DNA of 64,000 nucleotides, from assembly GCA_963786935.1 (NCBI GenBank), contig CAWBAN010000004.1, positions 288,001 through 352,000 on the forward strand. Direction: 5' to 3'. The translations under genes were made by a program, and so were the position numbers. A model generated the notes under the pieces. It searched no databases and was not told the DNA's origin. It saw nothing but the letters and a program-made list of their open reading frames with translations. Positions 47,601 to 57,814 of the stretch are shown piece by piece; within the stretch, counting starts at the first letter, position 1, and each line of letters opens with the position of its first letter. The stretch is from an uncultured bacterium. GTDB lineage: Bacteria > Krumholzibacteriota > Krumholzibacteriia > Krumholzibacteriales > Krumholzibacteriaceae.

Positions 47601-49013
47601 TCATGCGCGCCCGGCGATGGGCCGCTCCCTGACGTTGCAGACGATTGCCTTGAATTTCCCTGCCGCGGTTCTTTCGATCCTTTCCACGAGCTCGACTCCG
47701 ATGTCGCAGCCCGGGCCCACGCGGTCGGCCAGATTCGCGGCGGCCATGGCGCCCATTCTGTCGGTGTAATCCGCGCCCGGGACCAACCGTATCCTGAACC
47801 GGTCATAGTCGTCTTGCACTATTTGCGCTTCCGCAATCCCGCTGCAATCCTTGAACACGGGATCGAGCCGGCCGATCCGCCGGCCGTCGCGCATAACCAG
47901 CATTTGGTCGAGGCGGCCCTCGATGTGCCCGAGCAGAGGGAGGCTCCTTCCGCACGCGCATGAGCCTTCCTTGAGCGAGCCGAAATCGCCGAGCCGGTAC
48001 CGGATAAAGGGCTGCACGCCGTTCGCGATGCCGGTGCACACGAGAGTCCCCGCTTCACCCGGTCGCACGGGCCGATCATGCTCGTCCAGCACTTCAATGA
48101 GGGAGATCTCCGGACTCAAGTGCATCGATCCGTGCTCGCACTCGGCCGCGAATATCGCGATCTCGCCGCACCCGTACTGGTTGTATGTCTTGCAGCCGAA
48201 GGCTCCGCGTATTGCTTCGCGGTGGTAATCGAAGAGCGCCTCCGCGGTGGTGAAACACGCCTTGAACGCGACGGGATCGAGCCGGTTGTCAATGATGTGT
48301 TTCGCGATCGTGTAGACGCTCGACGGATATCCCTCGATATAGTCCGCGCCGAACGCGCGAATCGTATCGACGTAGTGCGGCAGGTTGTCCGGCGAGAGGT
48401 GGTAACTCGACAGATAGAGCTGGTTCCATCGGGCGTTGTGAATCCAGAACGGCGGCTTGCGACGGCCGGGCGCCGCGACCAGTATGCCGCCGATGCTTAC
48501 CGAGCGATTGATCCGGCGACGCATCCCCGCCACTCCATGGCACCGGGCCTCCATGAACGCATTGGCAAGGGAGTTGGTACGAACATCGCGGTAGAGGCGA
48601 AGCGGTGTGCCCGTCGTGCCGGAGGTATGCAGGACGACCAGGCCGCTTCCTGCCATCCGTTCGTCCACCAAATTCCGCTCTTGCGTTCTCGCCGTCGCTT
48701 TCTCGAGCAGCGGCAGCTTCGACAGGTCATCCGGCATCCTGATGGATGCCGGATCGATTCCGTGCGCGCGGAAGAGATTCCGATAGTAGGGCACGTGACA
48801 CGCCGCATGGATGATCATCCCGCGGAGCTTGCGCAGCTGATACTCCTGGAGCTCATCCCGGGACCATCGGTCATGAGCGGATATCTCATCGATAATGTCA
48901 TGGAAATCGCGTCCGTAGCGCTCGCGTTCCATCCTCCATGAGCCCACGTAGGTGGCGGCCTTTTTCGCGGCGTACGGCAGTTTCCAATACAATCGGGTCG
49001 CCCGAGCCGTCAT
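47601..49013 (-). CDS. Phenylacetate-CoA ligase family (CapK-like) protein
   Basis: HVPYYR, TSGTTGTP, YGCGE, PFIRYRLGD, CGR.LP..IEGR. Confidence 0.85.
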   Translation of the reverse strand: MTARATRLYWKLPYAAKKAATYVGSWRMERERYGRDFHDIIDEISAHDRWSRDELQEYQLRKLRGMIIHAACHVPYYRNLFRAHGIDPASIRMPDDLSKLPLLEKATARTQERNLVDERMAGSGLVVLHTSGTTGTPLRLYRDVRTNSLANAFMEARCHGVAGMRRRINRSVSIGGILVAAPGRRKPPFWIHNARWNQLYLSSYHLSPDNLPHYVDTIRAFGADYIEGYPSSVYTIAKHIIDNRLDPVAFKACFTTAEALFDYHREAIRGAFGCKTYNQYGCGEIAIFAAECEHGSMHLSPEISLIEVLDEHDRPVRPGEAGTLVCTGIANGVQPFIRYRLGDFGSLKEGSCACGRSLPLLGHIEGRLDQMLVMRDGRRIGRLDPVFKDCSGIAEAQIVQDDYDRFRIRLVPGADYTDRMGAMAAANLADRVGPGCDIGVELVERIERTAAGKFKAIVCNVRERPIAGRA

Positions 49014-49042
49014 TCTTCATCTCCTCGCCGCCGCGAGCAGGC

Positions 49043-50551
49043 TCACGGGGTGAGCTCGATCTGCCCTTTCCAGCCGAAATGAGGCTCGAACTTGAGCGAG
49101 CGCGCCGGATCCAAGTCCTTCAATGCCCCGCTCCATGCGGGATTGGTGCTGGTAACGCGGATATCCTCGTACGAAAAGCCCGCGAGCGGCAATTCGCGAC
49201 GGCCGAAGGCGTTTCGGATCAAGGCGAGCTTTAGGGGATCGAAACCCATGATCCAAGCCGAGACGGCATCCACGGCGACGGGGTTGCAGCCGATGACGAT
49301 CAAGCCCGCCGCGACGGGATCGGGGGCCGCGGGCCCGTCGCCTTCACCGGCGACGATCCCATCGACGATGCCGAGATACCGTTTGGGCCGCCGGCCGGGG
49401 AAGTCCTCGCCGTCGGAGTAGAGCAGACAAGCGTTGATGTCGTGCACCATCCGCCAGCAGGTGTCATTCCCGTGCCAGTTTCCGGTGCGGATCACGTGCC
49501 GGGTGTCCCCCCAGATGTCCCTGCCGATCTTCTTCGCCGCCCGGAAAGCGGGAGACATGACGTTCCGGGTTCGGAGCATCCACCGTTCAAATGACCGGAT
49601 GCCGAATTGCTCGAGCATCCTCTTCGGCGTCGGCTCCGGGAACGCGTCTCCGCCCTCATGGGGGAAGCCGTCGGTATAATGGGGAAGCCAGTTCCTGCCC
49701 GCATTTATCCCGACCAGATTCTTGAGGCACAAGGTAGTCCCCACCTTCTTGTGTGTTTTCATTTTGGGGAGGTTGATGAACACGTCGGCGTCGGCGCACG
49801 TCCTGGAAAGCAAGTATTCATGTTTGCCCTGCTGGTGATGGCGATTCGTTTCAGTTTGGTCATAATCCGAGCCGTGGAGCCTGTTCGTCTCGGGCCGGCC
49901 GCTGAATGCGCTCCGCGTCCCGAGATCGTACATGCGCGAGCCGGCCGGATCGCCGGGAAGACGCTCCCTCTTGTTGACAACGTCTTCTCTGATGTCGGGC
50001 CACCACTCGGGGCGAAGATCGAGCAGGTGAATCGGAAGGCTCCCCCACATGGATTTCTCGAATTCGAGAATGTGGTCCAGCCCCGTGAGCGAGACGATCT
50101 TGCTCCAATTCGCGTCGAACTGAGGGCCGTCGGCGATCCAGATTTCACCGTGCCCATCGAGGGCCAGAGCCACATAGTCGATCACGGCCCGGATAATTGA
50201 TCCGTTCGTGATGACGTAATCCCAGTCTTGGTGCTTGAAGCGGTGGGAATGGGCCAGGAAATTCGGCTTGAGCACGACCCGGTCCCCCGGAAAGACGATC
50301 GTCTTCAAGGGATTCCATCGATTCGTTCCGTAGTTCTCGGGATCCAATTTCATCAGTCGGAATGTGTCGCGCAACGCGGCGTATACCGGATTCCGGGGAC
50401 CGACGATGCCCCGGTACTCCGGATAGGCAGTGTCGGGATGGAACGGCGGCTGCGTCGGATACCCCTCGACATGGGCGTCGTTGACATAAATATCTGCGGA
50501 GGTCAGCGTCATATGATCGGACATAACCATGGGATTCTGATCCAATCGCAC
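49043..50551 (-). CDS. DUF362-domain protein
   Basis: GDRVVLKPN, INLPKMKTHKKVG.TLCLKNLVG, IVDGIVAGEGDGP, NPVAVD; start uncertain. Confidence 0.85.
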   Translation of the reverse strand: MRLDQNPMVMSDHMTLTSADIYVNDAHVEGYPTQPPFHPDTAYPEYRGIVGPRNPVYAALRDTFRLMKLDPENYGTNRWNPLKTIVFPGDRVVLKPNFLAHSHRFKHQDWDYVITNGSIIRAVIDYVALALDGHGEIWIADGPQFDANWSKIVSLTGLDHILEFEKSMWGSLPIHLLDLRPEWWPDIREDVVNKRERLPGDPAGSRMYDLGTRSAFSGRPETNRLHGSDYDQTETNRHHQQGKHEYLLSRTCADADVFINLPKMKTHKKVGTTLCLKNLVGINAGRNWLPHYTDGFPHEGGDAFPEPTPKRMLEQFGIRSFERWMLRTRNVMSPAFRAAKKIGRDIWGDTRHVIRTGNWHGNDTCWRMVHDINACLLYSDGEDFPGRRPKRYLGIVDGIVAGEGDGPAAPDPVAAGLIVIGCNPVAVDAVSAWIMGFDPLKLALIRNAFGRRELPLAGFSYEDIRVTSTNPAWSGALKDLDPARSLKFEPHFGWKGQIELTP

Positions 50552-50663
50552 GTGGCGGCCTCTGGTGAAGCGCGACAGCCTGATTCCGGATCATTATAGC
50601 ATAAGGGTCACGCGCGGAGCCAGGGCTTCGGGGGATCAAGAAATAGGCTCCGATCCTTTTTGA

Positions 50664-51022
50664 TGGTGGAGGCGGCGGGAATCGAACCCGCGTCCGAAGA
50701 TGCTTCCGCGAGGGCGTCTACGTGCGTAGCCTGTCGAGTTTTGTTCGCCCCGCGAAGCCTCAACAGGCAGGGGGTTCGCGGAACTAGCTCCTGTTCTTTT
50801 CGCGTGCAAACCCGGAGCGGGTCGACACGCTAGCCGTCGGTAATCGACGCCCGGTTTCCATCCCCGTCGGCGCAGATGGAGCGGACGGGTCGCCTAATTA
50901 ATTAGGCAGCCAGTGCCAACTGATTGTCGGCAGTTGTTGTTCGCCACCTGATTTACGAGGTTGATGGCATCCTCGGCACGCTTCCCTGGCCTCTATCATC
51001 CCCGTCGAATCCATTCGCCCCC
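50664..51022 (-). ncRNA. ssrA: tmRNA
   Basis: 5' GGGGGCGAATGGATTCGACGGGG; 3' GGACGCGGGTTCGATTCCCGCCGCCTCCACCA; tag ORF 50931-50902 encodes ADNQLALAA*. Confidence 0.95.
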
Positions 51023-51271
51023 ACACGAGAAGGCCTGGATAAGCCGATAAGTAGTATAGCCATATTCTTCTCGAAAGTAAAGGAGCGAAGCCGCCTATTA
51101 AGGCGATCGTCGCCACGGCGGAAGAACCCAGAAGATCGCGTCAAGTATTATTTACGGCGGAAACGCGCTATCTAGTTCAAAGATAAAAAATTCGCTTGCC
51201 TTCAATTCCCCCGTTCGTGGTAAAATCTTCTCTATAAATCCACCCTTTCCCCACCAGCGCAGGAGGTCCTT

Positions 51272-52366
51272 ATGAAGCACTCCTCAAGGTTCCTGCTGGT
51301 TCTCCTTGTCGTGGCTCTGGCCTTCGGGAGCTTCGTCGGCTGCTCGAAGGAAGAGACGCCGGCGGCGCCTCCGAGCGGACAGACGGATCTGCTGATGAAC
51401 GCTTCGAATCCGTCGTTCCAGCGGGCCATGGCGATCCAGGACAAGCACACAACGAAGCTCATGGCCGATCCTGACGTTATCGGCACCGCCACCACGATCG
51501 GCGACGACGGAAACCCGGCGATCATGGTGCTCGTACTGAACGAAAAGGCCGCCCTCGGCGTGCCGACGAAGCTCGATGACGTCAACACCGTTGTCGTGCT
51601 GACCGACCGGATCGTGGCTATGAAAACAACTACTTTGAGCCACACCGCGAAGCAGACCCCCCCGATCCAGCTCGGGACCTCCGGCGGCTGGCGATATGAT
51701 CTCGCGAACGGCTACTGCTGCGGCGGGACGCTCGGATCGCTGATCCAGGTGGGCGGCCAGAAGCGGATCCTCAGCAACTATCACGTGTTCGAGGCCGATA
51801 TCGTGGCCGGCGGGAACAGCCGCGTGGCCGCGACCGGCGACTACATCATTCAGCCCGGCCTGATCGATGTGAGCTGCGTCGCTACCAACGCGCAGAACGT
51901 CGCGACGCTCGTCAAAACGAGCAGCCTCCCCGGCAGCAACGTCGACTGCTCGAGCGCGGCGATCATCACCGGCATGGTCAGGGACGACGGCGCGATCCTC
52001 GAGATCGGGGTGCTCTCTTCCTCGACGGTTGCCGCTTCCGTGGGCCAACTGGTCAAGAAGAGCGGCCGCACGACCGGTCTCACCCGGAGCTATGTCAGCG
52101 GCTTGAACGGCACTGTGAGCATCGCGTACGAGAACGAGTGCGCGGGCGGCGATGCGTTCACCAAGACGTTCACGGGTCAGATCCTCGTCTACCAGAAGAG
52201 AAGCTCGTTCCTCGCGGGCGGCGACTCGGGATCGCTCATGGTCCAGGACGTGACGACGAACCCGAAGGCCATCGGTCTTCTCTTCGCCGGCAGCACCTCG
52301 CTCGCCATCGCGAACCCGATCAACTCGGTGCTCTCGTTCCTGGGCGCCACGATGGTCGGCATCTGA
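51272..52366 (+). CDS. Trypsin-like (PA clan, Nal1-like) serine protease lipoprotein
   Basis: Lipobox FVGC; GTLG, LSNYHV, VDCS, KSGRTTGLT, GGDSGS. Confidence 0.85.
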   Translation: MKHSSRFLLVLLVVALAFGSFVGCSKEETPAAPPSGQTDLLMNASNPSFQRAMAIQDKHTTKLMADPDVIGTATTIGDDGNPAIMVLVLNEKAALGVPTKLDDVNTVVVLTDRIVAMKTTTLSHTAKQTPPIQLGTSGGWRYDLANGYCCGGTLGSLIQVGGQKRILSNYHVFEADIVAGGNSRVAATGDYIIQPGLIDVSCVATNAQNVATLVKTSSLPGSNVDCSSAAIITGMVRDDGAILEIGVLSSSTVAASVGQLVKKSGRTTGLTRSYVSGLNGTVSIAYENECAGGDAFTKTFTGQILVYQKRSSFLAGGDSGSLMVQDVTTNPKAIGLLFAGSTSLAIANPINSVLSFLGATMVGI

Positions 52367-52413
52367 AGCAGGGGGGACCCCACTTTTCCCCGATGCTTCG
52401 TTGAGCAAGCGAA

Positions 52414-52451
52414 CGCCCGCCCCGCGCTGTGCTGGGGCGGGCGCTTTATTT
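52414..52451 (+). terminator. Intrinsic terminator after the protease gene
   Basis: CGCCCGCCCC/GGGGCGGGCG stem followed by CTTTATTT. Confidence 0.7.
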
Positions 52452-52517
52452 AGACATGGCCATGATGCGCAAATCGGTGAAGCCTCAGCAGAGATGCGAC
52501 TCGGCGAAGGGGTGGGA

Positions 52518-52886
52518 ATGATGCGATTCGGCACCGGTAAAGCGCATCGGTGCACGGCAGCCGCTTTCCTCATTCTGGCCGCGGCGCTCGCCGTTCAGGG
52601 CGCCGGGTGCGGAAAGGGCCCCGAGAAGGAAAGGGGAAGCTCCTCGATGTCGATGGATGACGCGATCCGCGTAATGGATGCTCACGTGAACGAGCTCATG
52701 GCGATTCCCGGCGTCGTCGGCGTCGCGGTCGGCGCGCTCGAGAGCGGCGCTCCGTGCATTCAGGTGCTCGTCGTGAAGAAGACGCCGGAGCACGACAATC
52801 GCGTTCCGAAGAAGATCGAGGGTTTTCCCGTCGTTATCCAGGTGACCGGAGAGATCCGACCGATGCCCGGCGATTCGTCCCGCTGA
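52518..52886 (+). CDS. Small lipoprotein homologous to the N-terminal domain of the upstream protease
   Basis: Lipobox-like GAGC; HVNELMAIPGVVGVAVG..CIQVLV..VPKKIEGFPVV..TGEIRPM; start uncertain. Confidence 0.8.
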   Translation: MMRFGTGKAHRCTAAAFLILAAALAVQGAGCGKGPEKERGSSSMSMDDAIRVMDAHVNELMAIPGVVGVAVGALESGAPCIQVLVVKKTPEHDNRVPKKIEGFPVVIQVTGEIRPMPGDSSR

Positions 52887-52889
52887 GAC

Positions 52890-54416
52890 TCACCAGCTCA
52901 CGCCCGCCCTCGCGAACATCCCGTGAAGCTCCGCGCGCTCCCGCGCGTTGATCGCTTCGGTCCACAGGTCGACGTAGTTGCGGTCGTCGGTGAGAACCGG
53001 CACGCCGCGCATGTCGGGCTCGAAGCGGTTGTCCCATGCGTGCGCCCGGTCGTACTCGGGCGAGAAGCGGTCGATGGGGACGGGCGGGTCCTGGCGGAGC
53101 TCGAGGGATCTGTTCGAGGCGAAGAGAATGACGTTGCCGAGCTGATCGGGGGGCTCCATCGTCGGCAGGGCCCGGACGTTCGAGAACTGCGTCCTGAGCG
53201 TCGCGGCGAGGGAGCGGACGATCGTGTCGTGCCAGCCGATCGCCTGCAGGTTGAGCGTGAAGACGCCGCCGGGCGCGAGCCGCGACGCCATGAGGGCGAA
53301 CGCCTCCCGCGAGGCGAGATGGAACGGAATCGCGCTCGACCCGAACGCGTCGAGAACGATGAGGTCGTAGACGCCCGCCGTGGACAGGAGAAATTGCCGG
53401 CCGTCCATCCGGTGAATCCGCGCCTCGTGCTCGGCGAGGCCGAAATAATCGGTCGCCACCCGCGCGACGAGCGGATCGATCTCGACCGCGTCGATATCCC
53501 AGCCCTCCGCGTGGAATCGCTTCACGACCGAGCCGCCGCCGAGTCCGATGACGAGCATGCGTCCCGGTTTATCGAAATAGCCGCGGGTGATGTCGATCAC
53601 GTTGACGTAGGACATGACCGACGAATAGAAGAGCGTCGTGTCGACGGCGGTGTGGATGGCCCCGTCGATGAGGAGGTAGCGGAATTCGTTATCGTTCACC
53701 ACGCGGATCTCTCCGTAGGGGCTCTGGCCGGCGAAGGCGAGGCCGTGCTCGGGATCGGGCCTGTTCTCGTGAGAAGCGCCGATGAGCGCCGCGCCCGCCG
53801 CGAGAATAACGATGGGGATGACGAGCTTCGCGGCCGGCGCGCGTTTCCCGAGGAATCCGGGAATCGCCGTGGCGATGAGGATCGCTCCGACCGCGAGCGT
53901 CAGGCGATACACGCCGAAGTTCGGGATCAGGTAGAATCCGGTGAGGAGCGCCGCGACGACGCTCGCCAGGGTCGAAACGGCGTAGAGATTTCCCGCCGAG
54001 CGCCCGATCTCTTCGATGCGCGATGCGCGCAGCTTGATCGCGTACGGGCTCACCATGCCGAGGAGCATGAGCGGGATGAAGAAGAGGATCAGCGCCGCGG
54101 CGAGCGCCGCGAACCGGAGGCCGAACGGTTCGGCGAGATGCAGGAGCGGGTTTCTGATCCACGGAACGGCGACGAGCCAGACGCCCGCCCCGGCGAGGAG
54201 CGAGCCGAGCCGCGGGTAGGTGGCCCCCCGGTCGGCCCATCGTCCGCCGAGAGCGTATCCGGCGGCGAGCGCGGCGAGCGTCACCGTGATGAGCGCCGAC
54301 CAGAGAAAGAGGCTCACCCCGTAGAAGGGCCCCAGGATTCTCGTGCCGAGGATTTCAATCGCGAGCACCGAAGCGCCGCTGATGGAGATCGAAAGGTAGA
54401 GGTATTTGTGTTTCAT
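52890..54416 (-). CDS. Fused membrane/spermidine-synthase-like SAM-binding protein
   Basis: Multiple N-terminal TMs (EILGTRIL.PFYG.S); SPYGEIRV, LVIGLGGG, VEIDP, DGRQFL, IVLDAF, LTDD. Confidence 0.87.
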   Translation of the reverse strand: MKHKYLYLSISISGASVLAIEILGTRILGPFYGVSLFLWSALITVTLAALAAGYALGGRWADRGATYPRLGSLLAGAGVWLVAVPWIRNPLLHLAEPFGLRFAALAAALILFFIPLMLLGMVSPYAIKLRASRIEEIGRSAGNLYAVSTLASVVAALLTGFYLIPNFGVYRLTLAVGAILIATAIPGFLGKRAPAAKLVIPIVILAAGAALIGASHENRPDPEHGLAFAGQSPYGEIRVVNDNEFRYLLIDGAIHTAVDTTLFYSSVMSYVNVIDITRGYFDKPGRMLVIGLGGGSVVKRFHAEGWDIDAVEIDPLVARVATDYFGLAEHEARIHRMDGRQFLLSTAGVYDLIVLDAFGSSAIPFHLASREAFALMASRLAPGGVFTLNLQAIGWHDTIVRSLAATLRTQFSNVRALPTMEPPDQLGNVILFASNRSLELRQDPPVPIDRFSPEYDRAHAWDNRFEPDMRGVPVLTDDRNYVDLWTEAINARERAELHGMFARAGVSW

Positions 54417-54506
54417 GGGCTTAGCATATACCAAGTCGCGCGGAGGATGCAACAGGGTGAGTGAAATTGTATGCAGGGGGTATGTATGGTTGGGTTTCAA
54501 ATGCAG

Positions 54507-54564
54507 GTCAAGTATAGCTTACATTATGTATTGCATTATATACGTAATGTACTGTATATATTAC
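54507..54564. promoter_or_regulatory. Three phased 16-bp quasi-palindromic operator-like boxes
   Basis: GTCAAGTATAGCTTAC (54507), GTATTGCATTATATAC (54528), GTACTGTATATATTAC (54549); 21-bp period. Confidence 0.65.
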
Positions 54565-54627
54565 TGGTCATTTGAAAGACATGCATGACTCGCGACCCGA
54601 TGTCGGGTTGCCGCAGGAGACGGCTTC

Positions 54628-54861
54628 ATGAAATTGGGTAATAACCTCAAGCGCTTCAGATTCGAATACGATTGCCTCTCGCAGGCTGCGCTCGCCCGGG
54701 AGATAGGCGTCTCTCGCCAGACGATCATCGCGATCGAGAAGGGCCGCCTCGTGCCTTCGACACTTCTCGCTTTGAGGTTCGCGCGCTTCTTCAGGGCGCC
54801 GGTTGATGAGATCTTCTTCATCGCCGACGGGGAATGGCCGCCGAAACGTCGGGAGTTATAG
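54628..54861 (+). CDS. XRE-family helix-turn-helix regulator
   Basis: [45 protein letters not shown]. Confidence 0.9.
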   Translation: MKLGNNLKRFRFEYDCLSQAALAREIGVSRQTIIAIEKGRLVPSTLLALRFARFFRAPVDEIFFIADGEWPPKRREL

Positions 54862-55046
54862 GGAGGCGGGAACGCCCGCGATGGCGGGGGTGATCGTTGT
54901 GGGCGGGAGCGCCCTCCGCGCCCGGCGAAGCGCCCGTGCAAGCGCCATTTTGCGTTTGCTTTTGCCCCGCCGCGGGATTAGAATCCGCGCGTTTCTCGAC
55001 GCATCGACACCCAACACACCGTTTCTCGACGACAGGAGGGTTCCCG

Positions 55047-57773
55047 ATGAAGAGAGTGGTTTTCGCGCTGGCGGCTCTGCTCGTGCTGGCCGGCGCCGCA
55101 GGGGCCGCGATCGACGGCGCGTATCTGAAGAAGCTTCCGCCGATCATCGATCGCGAAGTGCTCTTCGGCGATCCGCAGATCGCGAGCGGGCAGCTGTCCC
55201 CCGACGGCTCGCACATTTCGTTCCTCAAGCCGTACAAGAACATCCTGAACATCTGGGTCAAGGGGACGAACGAGCCCTTCGCCGCGGCGCGCCCCGTCAC
55301 CGCGGACACGACGCGCCCCGTGCGCGGTTATTTCTGGAGCAAGGACGGCGCGTTCATCCTCTACATCCAGGACAAGGGGGGAGACGAGAACTGGCACATC
55401 TACGCGGTCGATCCGCGGGCGAAGCTCGAGGCGGGGCGGGACGTGCCCCCGGCGCGCGATCTCACGCCGTACGAGGGCGTCGCGGCGACCATATACGCGC
55501 TCCCCATGAACATGCCCGGCGTCATCTTCATCGGCCTCAACGACCGTGACGATCGCTTCCACGACGCGTACAAGCTCGACATCGCCACGGGAGAGCGCAC
55601 GCTCGTGAAGCAGAACGACGACGAGATCTCGAGCTGGATATTCGACCTCGAGGGCAATCTCAGGCTCGCCTCCAAGCAGACCGCCGACGGGGGCACCGAG
55701 ATTCTCCGCGTCGAGCCCGACACGATGGTCGTCGTCTACTCGTGCAGCAAGGACGAGACCGTCGACCCGATCCGTTTCCACAGGGACGGGAAGCGTATCT
55801 ACATGGCGTCGGACAAGGGCGCAGTCGTGAATTTCCAGCGTCTCGTGCTCTTCGATCCGGCGACGGGGACGGAGGAGCTCGTCGAGGCCGATCCGTTGAA
55901 TCAGGTCGATTTCGGCGGCGCCGAGTTCTCGCACCGGACGGAGGAGCTCGTCGCGACGTACTACGTCGGGGACCGGCTCCGCGTCTATTTCCGGGACAAG
56001 GAATGGGAGAAGGACTACAAGCGCCTCCAGAAGCAGCTTCCCGACGGCGATATTTATCGCAGCTCCGCGACGAACGACGACGCGGTGTGGCTCGTCGGCG
56101 TCACGAGCGACGTCGATCCGGGAGCGTCCTACATCTACCGGCGCGCGACGGGGAAGGCCGAGCTCCTGTACCGGCCGTATCCCGACCTTCCGTCGAAGGA
56201 CCTCGCCCCGATGAAGCCGATCGTGTACAAGAGCCGCGACGGCCTCGACATTCACGGCTACCTCACCGTGCCGAAAGGGGTCAAGGCGAAGAACCTCCCC
56301 GTTCTGTGCATGGTGCACGGCGGGCCGTGGTCGCGCGACGAATGGGGCTACGATCCGTACTCGCAGTTCTTCGCGAACCGCGGCTACGCGGTGTTTCAGA
56401 TGAACTTCCGCGGCTCCTCCGGCTACGGCAAGGCGTTCCTCAACGCAGGAAACAAGCAGTGGGGGGACGCGATGCAGAACGACATCACCGACGGCGTCGC
56501 GTATCTGGTCGAGAAAGGGATCGCCGATCCGAAGCAGATCGCTATCTTCGGCGGCTCGTACGGCGGGTACGCCACGCTCGCCGGGGTGGCCTTCACGCCG
56601 GATCTCTACGCGGCGGGCATCTCGTACGTCGGGCCCTCGAACATCATCACGCTGCTGAACTCGATCCCGCCCTACTGGGCCGTGCTGAAGAGCCTGTTCA
56701 ACGAGCGCGTCGGCGATCCGTCGAAGCCCGAGGACGCCGAGCGTCTCAAGCGCCAGTCGCCCCTCTTCTCCGCCGAGAAGATCAAGGCGCCGCTCCTCGT
56801 CGTGCAGGGAGCGAACGATCCGCGCGTGAAGAAGGCCGAATCGGATCAGATCGTCGTGGCGCTCCGTGACCTCGGCCGCGACGTCGAGTACCTCGTCGCG
56901 CCGGACGAGGGGCACGGGTTCGCGGGGGTCGACAACCGGATGGCCTTCGCCGTCGCGGCCGAGAAGTTTCTCGCGAAGCACCTCGGGGGGCGCGCTCAGG
57001 AATCCATGACCGACAAGGTGCGGAGCCGTCTCGAGACCCTCACCGTCGATCCGAAGACGGTTGTGCTCGCCGCGCCGGCGGCGGGGGCGGCCGCCGAAGC
57101 GGCGGCGCTCCCTGCGGTGGACGCAAGCCGTCTCAAGCCGATGTCGCTCGTGTATAAAGGGAACGTCCGCGCCGGCGGGCAGGAAATCGTGCTCGAGGTT
57201 ACCCGCAACGTCATGAAGGCGTCGCTCGGCGATGCGTCGACGTGGCGCATCGCGACGAGCCAGACGAGCGGCGGGGAGAGCGCGGTCGACACCTTCGATC
57301 TCGACGCGACGACGCTGCTCCCGCTCCGCTGGGGCGTGCGCCAGGGCAACGCCACGGTCGTCGTCACCTTCAACGGGACGGCGGTCAAGGGGGTCGTTCG
57401 GATGGGCCCGCAGGAGATGCCGATCGACGCGACGCTCGAGGCGCCCGTCTTCGGGGACGGCTCCGCGCTCGAGACGATCCTCGGCGCGTTCCCGCTCGCG
57501 CCGGGCTACGAGGCGACGCTGCGCACGTTCGATTTCCAGATGCAGAAGGCGCGCTCGATGTCGCTCAAGGTCACGGGCTCGGAGACCGTCACCGTGCCCG
57601 CGGGGACGTACGAATGCTTCAACGTCGAGCTCAAGCCGATCGGGGACGATTCGGGCGCCTCGCGGATCTGGGTGAGCGCGAAGGATCCCCGCTGCATGAT
57701 CCGCGGCTCGTTCGACCTGCCGCCGCAGATGGGTGGAGGAACGGTCGAGATCGGGCTCGCGAGCATCAAGTAG
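55047..57773 (+). CDS. S9 prolyl-oligopeptidase-family peptidase with extra C-terminal beta domain (DUF3108-like)
   Basis: SD AGGAGG and signal peptide; VHGGP, GGSYGG, GANDPRV, DEGHGF; C-terminal [12 protein letters not shown]. Confidence 0.92.
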   Translation: MKRVVFALAALLVLAGAAGAAIDGAYLKKLPPIIDREVLFGDPQIASGQLSPDGSHISFLKPYKNILNIWVKGTNEPFAAARPVTADTTRPVRGYFWSKDGAFILYIQDKGGDENWHIYAVDPRAKLEAGRDVPPARDLTPYEGVAATIYALPMNMPGVIFIGLNDRDDRFHDAYKLDIATGERTLVKQNDDEISSWIFDLEGNLRLASKQTADGGTEILRVEPDTMVVVYSCSKDETVDPIRFHRDGKRIYMASDKGAVVNFQRLVLFDPATGTEELVEADPLNQVDFGGAEFSHRTEELVATYYVGDRLRVYFRDKEWEKDYKRLQKQLPDGDIYRSSATNDDAVWLVGVTSDVDPGASYIYRRATGKAELLYRPYPDLPSKDLAPMKPIVYKSRDGLDIHGYLTVPKGVKAKNLPVLCMVHGGPWSRDEWGYDPYSQFFANRGYAVFQMNFRGSSGYGKAFLNAGNKQWGDAMQNDITDGVAYLVEKGIADPKQIAIFGGSYGGYATLAGVAFTPDLYAAGISYVGPSNIITLLNSIPPYWAVLKSLFNERVGDPSKPEDAERLKRQSPLFSAEKIKAPLLVVQGANDPRVKKAESDQIVVALRDLGRDVEYLVAPDEGHGFAGVDNRMAFAVAAEKFLAKHLGGRAQESMTDKVRSRLETLTVDPKTVVLAAPAAGAAAEAAALPAVDASRLKPMSLVYKGNVRAGGQEIVLEVTRNVMKASLGDASTWRIATSQTSGGESAVDTFDLDATTLLPLRWGVRQGNATVVVTFNGTAVKGVVRMGPQEMPIDATLEAPVFGDGSALETILGAFPLAPGYEATLRTFDFQMQKARSMSLKVTGSETVTVPAGTYECFNVELKPIGDDSGASRIWVSAKDPRCMIRGSFDLPPQMGGGTVEIGLASIK

Positions 57774-57814
57774 GAGGCGCCGGCGGGTCGCGCCGGCATG
57801 CAAAGGAGGAACAT

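Noticed and set aside
50664..50700. tRNA-like T-arm and CCA end
   Set aside because: It is the 3' end of tmRNA; there is no anticodon arm
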